64,000 nt of DNA from Gemmatimonadales bacterium (GTDB lineage: Bacteria > Gemmatimonadota > Gemmatimonadetes > Gemmatimonadales > GWC2-71-9), in NCBI GenBank assembly GCA_038321865.1, contig JBBQFH010000008.1:1-64000 (forward strand). The letters are read 5' to 3'. Below are positions 37,585 through 47,731 of this stretch, in pieces. The notes under the pieces are model-generated. The model was given only the letters and a program-made list of their open reading frames with translations, was not told the DNA's origin and searched no databases. A program made the position numbers and the translations under genes. Within the stretch, counting starts at the first letter, position 1, and each line of letters opens with the position of its first letter.

Positions 37585-38393
37585 CAGCCGCGGCCCCAGA
37601 GCGTCATGGGGCGGGTCCGCACCAGGCGAAGCGCGGCGAGCGCGCCGGCACCGAGCCCCAGCACGAGCGACAGGCTGACGCTGAACATCACGATGGACGG
37701 CGTGATGAGCGAGAAGACGAGCCGGGTGGAGAAGAACCGCTGGTAGTAGGCGTTGGTGAGCGAGCCCGCGGCAAAGGCGACGCCGATGCCGAGAGCTGAG
37801 CCGGCCAGCGCCACCGCCGCCGACTCGAGCACGAGGGCGCCGAAAATGGTGCGCCGGCGCACGCCGACGAAGCGCATGACCGCCGCATCCGAGCGGCGCT
37901 CCTCGACCTTGAGCAGCATGATGCAGAGCAGGAAGACGGCGCTCGCCACGATGCTGATGACGGCGATCGCCCGATGAAAGCGGCTGACCACGAGAAAGGT
38001 CTGGGACGACTCGGCCGCGATCGTCGCGGAGGGAAAGGCGCGGAAGCCGAACGCGATCCGGTTGAGACGAGCGGCGACGCTGTCGCCACCGGCGCCGGGC
38101 ACCAGGGCGATGCCGAAGCGGTCGACCCGATCCGGTGCGCCGAGGAGCCCGGCCAGATCGGGAAGGTGCATGCGGATCCGGTACTCGCGCTTCAGCACTG
38201 AGGCCGGGTCGGGCGCCGCTTCGTATTCCGCGACGATCACGGCGCGGATCGGCATCGAGCCGGCGCCGGTCCCCAGTGCGACGGTATCGCCGACCCGCAG
38301 CCCGAGATCCGCCGCGAGCCGGCGCTCGACCGCCACCTGCGCGGGCTGGGGCAGCTGCGGCGAACCGGCTAGCGCCAAAAGAACGAGGAGCAT
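37584..38393 (-). CDS. FtsX/MacB-family permease C-terminal half with its own signal peptide
   Basis: Starts mid-periplasmic domain (LAADLGLRVGDTV); EERRSDAAVMRFVG plus three TMs. Confidence 0.8.
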   Translation of the reverse strand: MLLVLLALAGSPQLPQPAQVAVERRLAADLGLRVGDTVALGTGAGSMPIRAVIVAEYEAAPDPASVLKREYRIRMHLPDLAGLLGAPDRVDRFGIALVPGAGGDSVAARLNRIAFGFRAFPSATIAAESSQTFLVVSRFHRAIAVISIVASAVFLLCIMLLKVEERRSDAAVMRFVGVRRRTIFGALVLESAAVALAGSALGIGVAFAAGSLTNAYYQRFFSTRLVFSLITPSIVMFSVSLSLVLGLGAGALAALRLVRTRPMTLWGRG

Positions 38394-38430
38394 CGGGGGT
38401 GCGTACCCGGCGGCGCCGGGCCGGTTCCGC

Positions 38431-40842
38431 CTACTTCGCCTGCAGCGCCCGGGCCATGGCCGCCTTCACCGTCACCCGCGGCTCCTTGGCCATCGCGCGC
38501 TCGAGTGTCGTGCGGCCGGCCGCGCCTCCGACCTGCCCGACTACGCGCGCCGCCTGAACGGCAAAGAGCGGGTCGTAATCATCGAGCCCCCGGGTGGCGA
38601 CCGCGGCGGCCCGGCTGACATCCGGCAGATGAGTCAGCGCATCGAGAGCCGCGCCGCGGAGATTCCGCGGCTCGCTCGGCGCCGTGAGCTTCTCGAGCGC
38701 ATCCGCCGCGCGGGGATCCTTCAGCCGCCCAAGATGAAATGCGGCGGTCTGCCGGAGGTTGGTCGGCAGCCCGACGGCAGTGGCCGCGATCAGGTCCGGC
38801 ACCGCGCCGGCGCCGGCACCGCGCGCGTAGACCGTGAGCGCGGCGCCGCGCACGTCGTCATTGGGGTCGGCCTGGATCATCGCCCGCGCGGTGGCCGTCG
38901 CACCGAGCGAGTCGAGCCGGATCAGTGCCAGGATCGCGGTGGCGCGAACGCCGCTGTCGGGGTCGCGGAGCGCCGAGCGGACGGCATCCAGCCCCTCGGG
39001 TGACTTGTCAGCCTGCATCTGCGACACGGCGACCGCGCGGAGCGTGCCGCTGGCCTCGTTGAGCACGATGAATCGCCGCGCCGACACGGCGGCGCTGTCA
39101 GCCGAACGGTCCAGCTGCCGGAGGGCCCAGTTGCGCGCCGCCCAGTCGAGGTCGTGCCGGGCAAGTTCCGCAAGCTCGGCCGGCGTCTGGTCGGTGGTGA
39201 CGGCGCCGAGCAGCCAGCCGCCCTCGTCGAAGCGGAACGTCACCGGGGCTTCGGGCAGCGCCAGCGGGAAAGTCTCGTTCTGCCGGGTCACCATGATCTC
39301 CCGCCGCACCACCGAATCATGGGTCACGATGCGCACCGTGACCGGGAAGCGGAAGAGCGGATGGGTCGCGTCGATCGGCTGGGTCTGTTCGACCGTAACG
39401 GCGAGCGTCTTCGCGGCCGGGTCCCAGCGGCGGCCGACTTTCACCTTCGGGTAGCCGATGCCGTAGGCCCACTGGTCGAAGAACCAGTCGAGGTCCCGAT
39501 TGGCCGTCTTCTCGAACGCGATCGCGTAGTCGGCGGTGGTCACCGGCTGGTAGGCGTTGTCGGTGAGGAAGCGGTGCATGCCGGCCCAGAACAGCGAGTC
39601 ACCGAGCAGGCGCCGGAGCTGGTGCGCCACCTGGGCGCCCTTCGGATAGACGTGGCCGCTGAAGAAGAGCACGATCGGGTCGTCGCCCTCATAGGTGCCC
39701 CACACCAGCGGGCGCTGCTGGTTCAGGTCGGCCTGCATGGCCTGCTGCTGCTGGCCGTACCATGACTGCTGGCCCGCATCCCAGCCGCGGCTCTTCTCGT
39801 TCTGCACCGATTCCATGTAGGTGGTGAGGCCCTCGTTGAGCCAGATATGCGCCCAGGTAGCGGCGGTCGTCAGGTCGCCGAACCACTGGTGAGCCAGCTC
39901 GTGCGCGTTGAGCCCGCGGCCGGAACTCTCCGGCTCGCCGCCGGCGGCGTGCAGGACGAGGTCGGTCTGGGTCGTGGCGGACACGTTTTCCATCCCGCCG
40001 AAGGTGAAATCGGGAATCACCGCCTGCGAGTACTTGGCCCACGGATAGTTGACGCCCAGCACCCGGGAATAGATCTCGATCATCGACGGCGTTTCGCCGA
40101 ACGTCCGCAGCGCGGCGGCGGTGGTGTCGGGATCGACCCAGTACTCGACCGGGATGCCGCGCCAGTTGTCCTGGAGCACCGCGAACGGCCCCACCACCAC
40201 CGAATACAGATAGGTGGACGCCGGCTTCTCCTGCGCCCAGTGCCAGATCTGCCCGCCACGCGGCGACGGCGTCACGCCCACCAGGCGGCCGTTCGACAGC
40301 ACCTTGAGTCCGGTGTCGGCGGTGACGTAGAAATCCCACGTCGTCTTGTCGTTGGCGGCGTCGTAGGTGGGAACCCAGTTGCGGGTCTCCGTCGCCTCAC
40401 CCTGCGACCAGATCACCCGGCGCCGGGGCACGAAGTAGATCCCGCGCTCGGGCACGGTGTGGTAGCGCACCGTCATGACGACGGTATCGCCAGCACGCGC
40501 CGCGCGGGCCAGTCGCACGGTGACGTGCGAAGTGTCGAAGGTGAAGCGGAGCGCCTTGCCGCGGGCGTCGGTCGCTCCATCGATCGTGAGGTTGCCGGCA
40601 TCGAGCCGCACCGTGTCCGTCGCCGCGCGGAGCGCGAGGCGCGTCTGCACGGTGCCGGTCACCATCCGCCGTGCCATGTCGAACGAGACATCCACCCGCT
40701 GGTGGACCAGATCGAAGGCGGGAGCCCGCAACGGCCACGCGTGGGGCGGCGCATACTCACCGATACGACCGGCGCGCGGCTGCTGCGCAGTGAGCGTCGT
40801 GGCAAGCAGCATCAGGCAGGCGGCGGGGGCGATTCGGCGCAT
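38431..40842 (-). CDS. Exported M1 aminopeptidase with HEAT repeats
   Basis: WSQGE, GGMEN, HELAHQWFGD..WLNEG, YPKG; C-terminal HEAT repeats. Confidence 0.92.
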   Translation of the reverse strand: MRRIAPAACLMLLATTLTAQQPRAGRIGEYAPPHAWPLRAPAFDLVHQRVDVSFDMARRMVTGTVQTRLALRAATDTVRLDAGNLTIDGATDARGKALRFTFDTSHVTVRLARAARAGDTVVMTVRYHTVPERGIYFVPRRRVIWSQGEATETRNWVPTYDAANDKTTWDFYVTADTGLKVLSNGRLVGVTPSPRGGQIWHWAQEKPASTYLYSVVVGPFAVLQDNWRGIPVEYWVDPDTTAAALRTFGETPSMIEIYSRVLGVNYPWAKYSQAVIPDFTFGGMENVSATTQTDLVLHAAGGEPESSGRGLNAHELAHQWFGDLTTAATWAHIWLNEGLTTYMESVQNEKSRGWDAGQQSWYGQQQQAMQADLNQQRPLVWGTYEGDDPIVLFFSGHVYPKGAQVAHQLRRLLGDSLFWAGMHRFLTDNAYQPVTTADYAIAFEKTANRDLDWFFDQWAYGIGYPKVKVGRRWDPAAKTLAVTVEQTQPIDATHPLFRFPVTVRIVTHDSVVRREIMVTRQNETFPLALPEAPVTFRFDEGGWLLGAVTTDQTPAELAELARHDLDWAARNWALRQLDRSADSAAVSARRFIVLNEASGTLRAVAVSQMQADKSPEGLDAVRSALRDPDSGVRATAILALIRLDSLGATATARAMIQADPNDDVRGAALTVYARGAGAGAVPDLIAATAVGLPTNLRQTAAFHLGRLKDPRAADALEKLTAPSEPRNLRGAALDALTHLPDVSRAAAVATRGLDDYDPLFAVQAARVVGQVGGAAGRTTLERAMAKEPRVTVKAAMARALQAK

Positions 40843-40967
40843 CAGGACGACTCCGGGTACGGGAGAGTGCGGGCGACGCCGGACAGTAACCGGTCCCACT
40901 GCGGGAGTCGAGCGCATGTGACGTGGGTCCGAGTGGGAGGCGGGGCGCAGCCCGAGATTGGAGGCGC

Positions 40968-40984
40968 TGCGCCAAATTGGCGCA
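40968..40984. promoter_or_regulatory. 17-bp palindrome resembling an NtrC-type box
   Basis: TGCGCCAA-A-TTGGCGCA between divergent genes. Confidence 0.4.
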
Positions 40985-41019
40985 CGGCTCGCCTGTAACC
41001 CGCGGTCAAGGAGTCACCC

Positions 41020-41361
41020 GTGCACCTCCCGACCCTGCTGCTGCTCATCCTCGTTCAGGCGCCGGGATCAACCCCTGACGACAGCTTGCTCATCGCGGTT
41101 TCGAGCCAGCCGCGCCGGCTTCGCCTGGGCGGGCGCCACGGCGCCGGGCCACGAAGGTATCGGGAGCGCCGAGCTGGACAGCAAGCGGCGCAAGCACCGC
41201 ACGATCGCGATCACGTCGATGGGAATTTCGCTGACGCGGATCGAGCGCACGGTCAGCCCGGGCGTGCCCGACAACTGGAACAGGCTGCGCACGGTTTCGG
41301 CCGTGACCTCTTCCTCTGGTTCGCGATCGTGCTGGTGAGCACGATGCTGGCGGCAATCTGA
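41020..41361 (+). pseudogene. Probable degraded membrane-protein gene
   Basis: AAGGAG RBS and signal-like start; protein-like segment GFAWAGATAP...KRRKHRTIAITSMGISL lies in a different frame. Confidence 0.4.
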
Positions 41362-41386
41362 TCCATTCAAGTTGAGGGAACTACCG

Positions 41387-41917
41387 ATGGCGCTTCCGGA
41401 CTCGCCGCAAAACGACGCGGCCGATGACTGCACCGACTGCCCACTGAGCGGGCGCCGCTCATTTCTCCGTGACGCGGCCGCGCTGGTGGGCGCCGCCGTC
41501 CTCGGGCTCGGCGGCGCGCCGAGTGCCGCGAGCGCGATGTCGGTGAGGCTGGTGCGGGCCCTGGGGGTGAACGGAGACGAACGGAGCTACCCGATTCCGG
41601 CGGCCGATGGCGCCACGATCGACCGCGACGCCGAAGTCATCATCATGCGGTTCCAGCAACACCGCTACGCCTTCTCGCTCTCCTGCCCTCACCAGCACAC
41701 CGCACTTCGGTGGATGGCGGCCGAAGGACGGTTCCAGTGTCCCAAGCATCACTCGCGCTACCAGCCCGACGGGCTCTTCATCTCCGGCCGGGCCACGCGC
41801 AACATGGACCGCTTCGCGCTCCGGAAGGACGACGGGAAGCTGGTCGTCGATCTGGAGAAGCTGTACCGCGCCGACAAGAACCCGGCGGAGTGGAGCGCGG
41901 CCAGCGTCGCCGCCTGA
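41387..41917 (+). CDS. Tat-exported Rieske [2Fe-2S] protein
   Basis: SGRRSFL twin-Arg; CPH...CPKH ligands; G.ATRNMDRF. Confidence 0.88.
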   Translation: MALPDSPQNDAADDCTDCPLSGRRSFLRDAAALVGAAVLGLGGAPSAASAMSVRLVRALGVNGDERSYPIPAADGATIDRDAEVIIMRFQQHRYAFSLSCPHQHTALRWMAAEGRFQCPKHHSRYQPDGLFISGRATRNMDRFALRKDDGKLVVDLEKLYRADKNPAEWSAASVAA

Positions 41918-44728
41918 TCAGGGCTGCGCCGCCGGCGCCTTCTTGGCGAAATCGCCTGCCTTGACGATCGTGATCTTCGACGGGTCGATGTAGCGCCGGA
42001 CCGCGGCGTTGAGCTCCGCCGGCGTCAGCGCGGCGAGGCGCCGCTCGAACTCGACGTCGTAGGTCAGCGTGCGGTTCAGGAACAGGTAGTTGGTCAGCAT
42101 CCCCGCCAGTGAGCCGTCCTGCGCCCGTTGCAGCTGGCGCTGCTGGAGATACCCTTCCCGCGCCTTGTTGAGCTCGTCCGCGGTGAACCCGTCGCGAACG
42201 GCGCGCGTCAGCTCTTCGCGAAATGCCGCCTCGAGCCGGGCCGCGTTCTCCGGCGCGTAGATGGCGTATGCCTGGAACATGCCGGCGCTGTCGAGCGGCG
42301 CCGCCGAGATGCCGGAGCCGACGCCGTAGCTGATCCCTTCCTTCTGCCGGATGCGCGTGGCCAGCCGGGAGTTCAGGAACCCCCCGCCGAGTATGTAATT
42401 GCCAAGCACCAGCGCCGGATAGTTCGGATCGTCGTCCCGCACCCGCAGGTTCTCGCCGGCCAGGAAGAAGGCGTTCGCCTTGTCTGGTGTCTCGATCGAG
42501 ACGGTCGTGGCCGGACGGTCACGATAGACACCGGGCACCCGGACGAACGGCTTGGTGCTCTTCCATCCGCCGAACAGCTGTACCACCTGGGCCGCCGCCG
42601 CCGCCTGATCGAAGTCTCCCACGATGGCCAGCTCGGAGTTGGTCGCGCCGTAGAAATCGCCGTAAAAGGACCGCGCGTCGGCCAGCGTGGCCGCGGTATA
42701 GTCGGCGACCTGTTCCTCGAGCGTCGGCGTGTAGCGCGGATGCCCCTTGGGCCAGGGGTTGATGTAACGGCCGTAGGCGATTGATCCCAGGGCGGTGGGC
42801 TCCGATTTCTGCTGTTCCAGTCCCGCGATATTCTCCCGCCGGAGCTCGTCGAATTCCTTCTGGTCGAACGCCGGGTGGGTGAGTACGTCGCCCACGACGG
42901 CGAGCACCGCCGGCAGGTTGGCGTGGATCGTCTCGATCCTGATGTTGGCGCCGGTCGGTCCGCCTGAGATGCTCACCTGCGCCTTGAGGCGGTCGAGCTC
43001 ATCCTTGATCTGCTGCCGGGTGCGGGTCCGGGTGCCGCGCATCAGCATGTCGGCGGCGAGGTCGGCGGCGACGGCGCGGTTCATCAGCGACTGCTCGGTG
43101 CCGAAATGGAGCGCCATCGACGCGATGACCGTGCCGCCGCGCGTGCGCTTGGGCAGCAGCGCGACCTTCATGCCGCTGGGCAGGGTCGAACGCGTGGTGC
43201 GCGACTCGATCACCGCCGGTGACGGATCGAATGCCTCCCCCACCGAGCGGGCGGTGTCGCCGCGGTAATCCTTGACCAGTGCCAGCGCGTCGGGCGCGGG
43301 CGGAATCTCCGCACGATCGGGCTTGGGCGTCGGCACGAAGATGCCGAGCGTGAGGTTGGCGGGCTTCAGGTAGGCGGCGGCCACCCGCTTCACGTCATCC
43401 GAGGTCACCGCGCGAAGGCGGTCGCGGTGGAGGAAGAGCAGGCGCCAGTCGCCCATGGCGGCCCACTCGCTCAGCTCGAGCCCGACCCGGGCCGAGTTGT
43501 TGAGGGTGAGATCGATGTTCTTGAGAAGGGTGGACTTGGCCCTTTCGACTTCCTCGCTGGTCGGCGGGTGGGCGCCGAGATCGGCGACGGCCTGAAGCAG
43601 CGCGGCCCGGGCGCTGTCCACCGGATCCTCCTGCCGCACTTCCGCGCCGAGCACGAGCACGCCGGGCTCGCGGAGCTGGAAGCCGAACGAGAACACGCTC
43701 GCGGCCTTCCGCGGTTCGACCAGCGCCTTGTACAGGCGGCCGGACGGGGCGCTGCCGAGCACTTCGCCGAGCACGTCGATCGCGGCGTAGTCGGGATGCG
43801 CGCCCGACGGAACGTGGTAGACCGCGTCGATCACCTGGACATCACCGACCCGCCGCAGCGTCACGCTTCGCTCGCCGTCCTGCGTCGGCTCGGCGGTGTA
43901 GGTCGGATAGAGCATCATCGTGCCGGTGCGGGCGGGACGCGGAACCCGACCGAACTTCTCCCGCACGAGCGCGAGCGCCCGCTGCTCGTTGAACTTGCCC
44001 GCGATCACCAGCATCGCATTGTCGGGCTGGTAGTAGCGGTGGTAAAACGCCTGGAGCCGCTCGATCGGCACCTGTTCGATGTCGGAGCGCGCCCCGATCG
44101 TCGAGTTGCCGTAGTTGTGCCAGATGAAGGCGGTCGAGATGGTGCGTTCCAGCAGCACGCTGCCGGGATCGTTCTCGCCGGACTCGAATTCGTTGCGGAC
44201 GACGGTGAACTCGGATTCGAGATCCTTCTTCGCGATGCGGCTGTTCACCATCCGGTCGGCCTCGAGATCGAGCGCCCACACGAGATTGGTGTCGGTCGCG
44301 CTGAAGGTCTCGAAGTAATTGGTGCGGTCGAGCCAGGTCGTGCCGTTGGGCTGGGCACCGAGCTCGGTCAGCTCCTGGGGAATGTTGGGATGCCGCGGCG
44401 TGCCCTTGAAGACCATGTGCTCGAGCAGGTGCGCCATGCCGGTTTCACCGTAGCCCTCGTGCCGGGATCCGACGAGGTAGGTGATGTTGACCGTCGCCGT
44501 CGGCTTGGACATGTCGGGAAACAGGAGCACGCGGAGCCCGTTGGAAAGCTGGTACTCGGTGATTCCCTCCACCGACGCCCCGCGGGTGAGCGTCACGCCC
44601 GTGCGCGGCACCGGGCGTGCCGCCGTGCGGGGCGTCTGACCCGAGGCCGCGGAGCCGCCGGCAGCCAGCGTGGTGAGACCGAGTGCGAGCGTGAACCAAC
44701 GATTCCGCATGACGGATGGAGCTGACAT
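41918..44728 (-). CDS. M16 family zinc protease (PqqL-like)
   Basis: LSNGLRVL, GMAHLLEHM (HXXEH), NGTT.LDRTNY, SRL..RIRQKEGISY. Confidence 0.93.
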   Translation of the reverse strand: MSAPSVMRNRWFTLALGLTTLAAGGSAASGQTPRTAARPVPRTGVTLTRGASVEGITEYQLSNGLRVLLFPDMSKPTATVNITYLVGSRHEGYGETGMAHLLEHMVFKGTPRHPNIPQELTELGAQPNGTTWLDRTNYFETFSATDTNLVWALDLEADRMVNSRIAKKDLESEFTVVRNEFESGENDPGSVLLERTISTAFIWHNYGNSTIGARSDIEQVPIERLQAFYHRYYQPDNAMLVIAGKFNEQRALALVREKFGRVPRPARTGTMMLYPTYTAEPTQDGERSVTLRRVGDVQVIDAVYHVPSGAHPDYAAIDVLGEVLGSAPSGRLYKALVEPRKAASVFSFGFQLREPGVLVLGAEVRQEDPVDSARAALLQAVADLGAHPPTSEEVERAKSTLLKNIDLTLNNSARVGLELSEWAAMGDWRLLFLHRDRLRAVTSDDVKRVAAAYLKPANLTLGIFVPTPKPDRAEIPPAPDALALVKDYRGDTARSVGEAFDPSPAVIESRTTRSTLPSGMKVALLPKRTRGGTVIASMALHFGTEQSLMNRAVAADLAADMLMRGTRTRTRQQIKDELDRLKAQVSISGGPTGANIRIETIHANLPAVLAVVGDVLTHPAFDQKEFDELRRENIAGLEQQKSEPTALGSIAYGRYINPWPKGHPRYTPTLEEQVADYTAATLADARSFYGDFYGATNSELAIVGDFDQAAAAAQVVQLFGGWKSTKPFVRVPGVYRDRPATTVSIETPDKANAFFLAGENLRVRDDDPNYPALVLGNYILGGGFLNSRLATRIRQKEGISYGVGSGISAAPLDSAGMFQAYAIYAPENAARLEAAFREELTRAVRDGFTADELNKAREGYLQQRQLQRAQDGSLAGMLTNYLFLNRTLTYDVEFERRLAALTPAELNAAVRRYIDPSKITIVKAGDFAKKAPAAQP

Positions 44729-44771
44729 GGTGCCTCGTGGGGGAGCGGGCGGCGAAACGGGGGTCAGGTGG

Positions 44772-44799
44772 GATATACCGGCGCGCGCGCCGATGTCAA
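44772..44799 (-). promoter_or_regulatory. Sigma70-like promoter for M16 protease
   Basis: TTGACA-16bp-TATATC. Confidence 0.45.
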
Positions 44800-44803
44800 G
44801 CGA

Positions 44804-47719
44804 TCAGGGCCGCTCGCTCGTCAGCTCGGCCAGGGCGCGCTTGGCTTCGGTGACCCTGGGCTGGAGCGACGCATCCGCTCCGGCCCACAACCGAAGAAAT
44901 CGCGAGTAGGCATCGGCGGCATCCTTGCGGTTGCCCATGGCCTCGTAGGTGCGCGCGAGCGCGAGCTGGCTGACGCCGACGAGCTGCGGGTCCACATCCA
45001 GCGTGTAACGGAGCCGCCGAAGCCCCTCCTCGCGGCTGGCCGGGCGGGCAGCCAGCGCGAGCGCCCGCTGCAGCCGGAGTGGCCCGGCAAGCGCGCCGGT
45101 GTTGGCCGCGCCGCGAAGGGCGGTTTCGAGCTTGGCGAGTCCGGCCGTCGTATCACCCGTGGCCAGCGACAGCCAGCCGTCCGCGCCCACGAAGAGGGGG
45201 TGCATGAACGGCGGCATGGTGGGGCCACCGAGGGAGAGACCCTGCTGGATCAACGTGCTGGCGGTCCGGGTGTCGCCGTAGCCCAGGGAGAACAGCGCCC
45301 GGAAATAGCCTTCGAACGGATTGGTGAATGCCGCCTTGGCGCCCGGAGCCGCGAGCGGCGTGCCCTGGGTCTTCCGTTCCGCGCGCAGGCCGTTCACGAA
45401 CGAATCGGCGTACCCCGCTGGGGCGAAGCCCGCGAGCACCGGCGCGATGATCACATTATAACGGCCGGCTTCACCGGCGACGCCCGCCATCAGCTGTTGT
45501 GCCGCTGAAAGCCGGCCGAGCCCTACCAGATACATGGCGCGGGTCGGCTTCAGCTGGGCGGCCATCGGGTTGCCCGGGGGCACCAGTCGTTCGATCGCTT
45601 CGAGGCGGGCGAGCGTTTCCTCCGGCGTCCGCCCCTGGAAGTGCGTGAGCCCGGCGAAGGCGGCATTGACGGCATCCATGCGCGCGGTCGAGAAAAGCGC
45701 ACCGACCGAGTCCGGCAGGGCCCTGCCCCAGACGAGCTGGCCGGCCGGGTTGAAGCGGGAGAGTTCACCGACGGCGCCGCCTCGCTCGAGCACGCCGATG
45801 TAGTGCCGGAAGCCGGTACTGTCGTTGAAGATCAGCGTCATCTCCAGCGGGTGGATCGCTGCCGCGGTCAGCGTCGAGTCCAGCGCGAGGACCCGATCGA
45901 AGGGCGCGCGGAGTGCGGCCGGGTCGAGTCCGTTGAGATACCTGGTGTGATACTGTGATTCGCCGAGGAGATACCATCCGTCCGCGTCGTCGGGATGTGC
46001 GGCGGTGTAGGCGCGCATCGAGTCGGTGGCGGCGGGATCGCCCTGCTGAAACAGCCGGTAGGCGACGACCAGCGAGCGCTCGTTGGGCGGGAGCTTTGAC
46101 GCATACTGCACCGCGAGGGCGCTGGCCCGGGCCGCCGGCGCGGCATTGGCGTTCCCGATCCACCCGTAGGCCATGGCGAGCCGATGCTGCGCCAGCGCGA
46201 AGGTCGAATCTTCAGTCACCGCGCGGTTGAATGCCGCCGCGGCCGAATCCCAGGCACTTCGCCGGTAGAACTGCTCGCCGTTGAGATAGTCGCGCATCGC
46301 GGCGAGTGAGGTGGTGGTCAGTCCCGCGACGCGAAGCGAGGGGATCGGCTCACGCGAGCGCCACACCTCGCGTACCAGTGCGAGGCTCAACTGATCCACC
46401 AGACTGATGACGCTGTCCGCGGCGCCATCGACCTGCGCCCGCCCGAGCTTGCTGCCGTCCGCGGCATACAACTCGGCGCTCAGGCGCACCGCCGGGCCGC
46501 TGGCCACGACGCTGCCGAGCAGCACCGCGCGGGCGTGAACGGCGCGGCCGATCTTGAGCGCCTGCTCGAGATCGGTCTCGCCCCCGCCGCTCTTCTTCCA
46601 TTGCTGCAGCACGGTCCTTGGCTCCACCGTCCGGATATCGGCCAGGGCATCGAGGTTGGTGGACATCAGGTCCACCATGCCCTCCCGCATCACCTCGAGG
46701 TTCGGCCCCGATGTCCGGAACGGCAGCACCGCGATCAGCTCGGCGTCGGAGACGACCGCATGCGCGCCCGCGCCGCCGCGGGTGAGCGCGAAGGCCGCCA
46801 CCGCGACGATCACCACCGCTGCCGCGATCGCGGCGAGGCGCCGCCGTCCACCTCGCGCGGCTCCCCGCGCCGGCATCGGCCCGGTGAAGGTCTCGCCGAT
46901 CGCAGCGGCGTATTCGGCGATGGTCGGGAATCGCCGCGCCGGGTCGGTGTCGAGGGCACGGATGTTGGCGGGATCGAGCGTGGCGGCAACGGGCACGGCG
47001 TCGGCCATGGGGGGGCGCGCGCCGGTAATGTTCTGCGTGAGGACCGCCTGCATGGACGCGCCGGCAAAGGCGGGCTTCCCGGCCACCATCTCGTAGAAGA
47101 CGCAGGCGAGGCTGTACTGGTCGCTCCGCCCGTCGACCTGGTCGCTGGCGGTCGCCTGCTCCGGGCTCATGTACGCCGGCGTCCCGATCGCGAGGCCAAG
47201 CCCGGTGAGCGATGGCCCGCCTGCCGTCGCCTCGGCCGCGCGGGCGATGCCGAAATCGGCCACGACGGCGTGGCCGCCGGACAGCATGATGTTCTCCGGC
47301 TTGATATCCCGGTGGATGATGCCGTGCGCGTGCGCATAGGCCAGCGCACTGGCGACCTCGCGCACGAGGGCCACCGCTTCCGGCAGCGGGACCTGGTGCT
47401 CGCGGTCGAGGCGCTCGCGGAGCGACTCCCCTTCCACGAACGGCATCACGTAGTACAGGACGCCGTCGGCCGCGCCCGAATCGTAGACCGGAAGGATGTG
47501 CGGGTGCTGCAGCCGGGCCGCCATCTCGATCTCGCGGAGAAACCGATCGGTGCCCACACTCGCGGCGAGCTCGGGCCGGAGCACCTTGATGGCCACCTTG
47601 CGCCGATGCTTGAGGTCTTCGGCCAGATAGACGGTGGCCATGCCGCCCGCTCCGGCCTGCCGCTCGATGGCGTAGTGACCCTGCAGCGCGGCGGTGAGGC
47701 GCGCGAGTGGCTCAGTCAT
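44804..47719 (-). CDS. Ser/Thr protein kinase with TM, TolB-like and TPR domains
   Basis: GAGGMATV, VAIK, HRDIKPEN, DFG, GTPAYMSPEQ; IAVLPF; TPRs. Confidence 0.93.
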   Translation of the reverse strand: MTEPLARLTAALQGHYAIERQAGAGGMATVYLAEDLKHRRKVAIKVLRPELAASVGTDRFLREIEMAARLQHPHILPVYDSGAADGVLYYVMPFVEGESLRERLDREHQVPLPEAVALVREVASALAYAHAHGIIHRDIKPENIMLSGGHAVVADFGIARAAEATAGGPSLTGLGLAIGTPAYMSPEQATASDQVDGRSDQYSLACVFYEMVAGKPAFAGASMQAVLTQNITGARPPMADAVPVAATLDPANIRALDTDPARRFPTIAEYAAAIGETFTGPMPARGAARGGRRRLAAIAAAVVIVAVAAFALTRGGAGAHAVVSDAELIAVLPFRTSGPNLEVMREGMVDLMSTNLDALADIRTVEPRTVLQQWKKSGGGETDLEQALKIGRAVHARAVLLGSVVASGPAVRLSAELYAADGSKLGRAQVDGAADSVISLVDQLSLALVREVWRSREPIPSLRVAGLTTTSLAAMRDYLNGEQFYRRSAWDSAAAAFNRAVTEDSTFALAQHRLAMAYGWIGNANAAPAARASALAVQYASKLPPNERSLVVAYRLFQQGDPAATDSMRAYTAAHPDDADGWYLLGESQYHTRYLNGLDPAALRAPFDRVLALDSTLTAAAIHPLEMTLIFNDSTGFRHYIGVLERGGAVGELSRFNPAGQLVWGRALPDSVGALFSTARMDAVNAAFAGLTHFQGRTPEETLARLEAIERLVPPGNPMAAQLKPTRAMYLVGLGRLSAAQQLMAGVAGEAGRYNVIIAPVLAGFAPAGYADSFVNGLRAERKTQGTPLAAPGAKAAFTNPFEGYFRALFSLGYGDTRTASTLIQQGLSLGGPTMPPFMHPLFVGADGWLSLATGDTTAGLAKLETALRGAANTGALAGPLRLQRALALAARPASREEGLRRLRYTLDVDPQLVGVSQLALARTYEAMGNRKDAADAYSRFLRLWAGADASLQPRVTEAKRALAELTSERP

Positions 47720-47731
47720 CGGGATGCCGCT

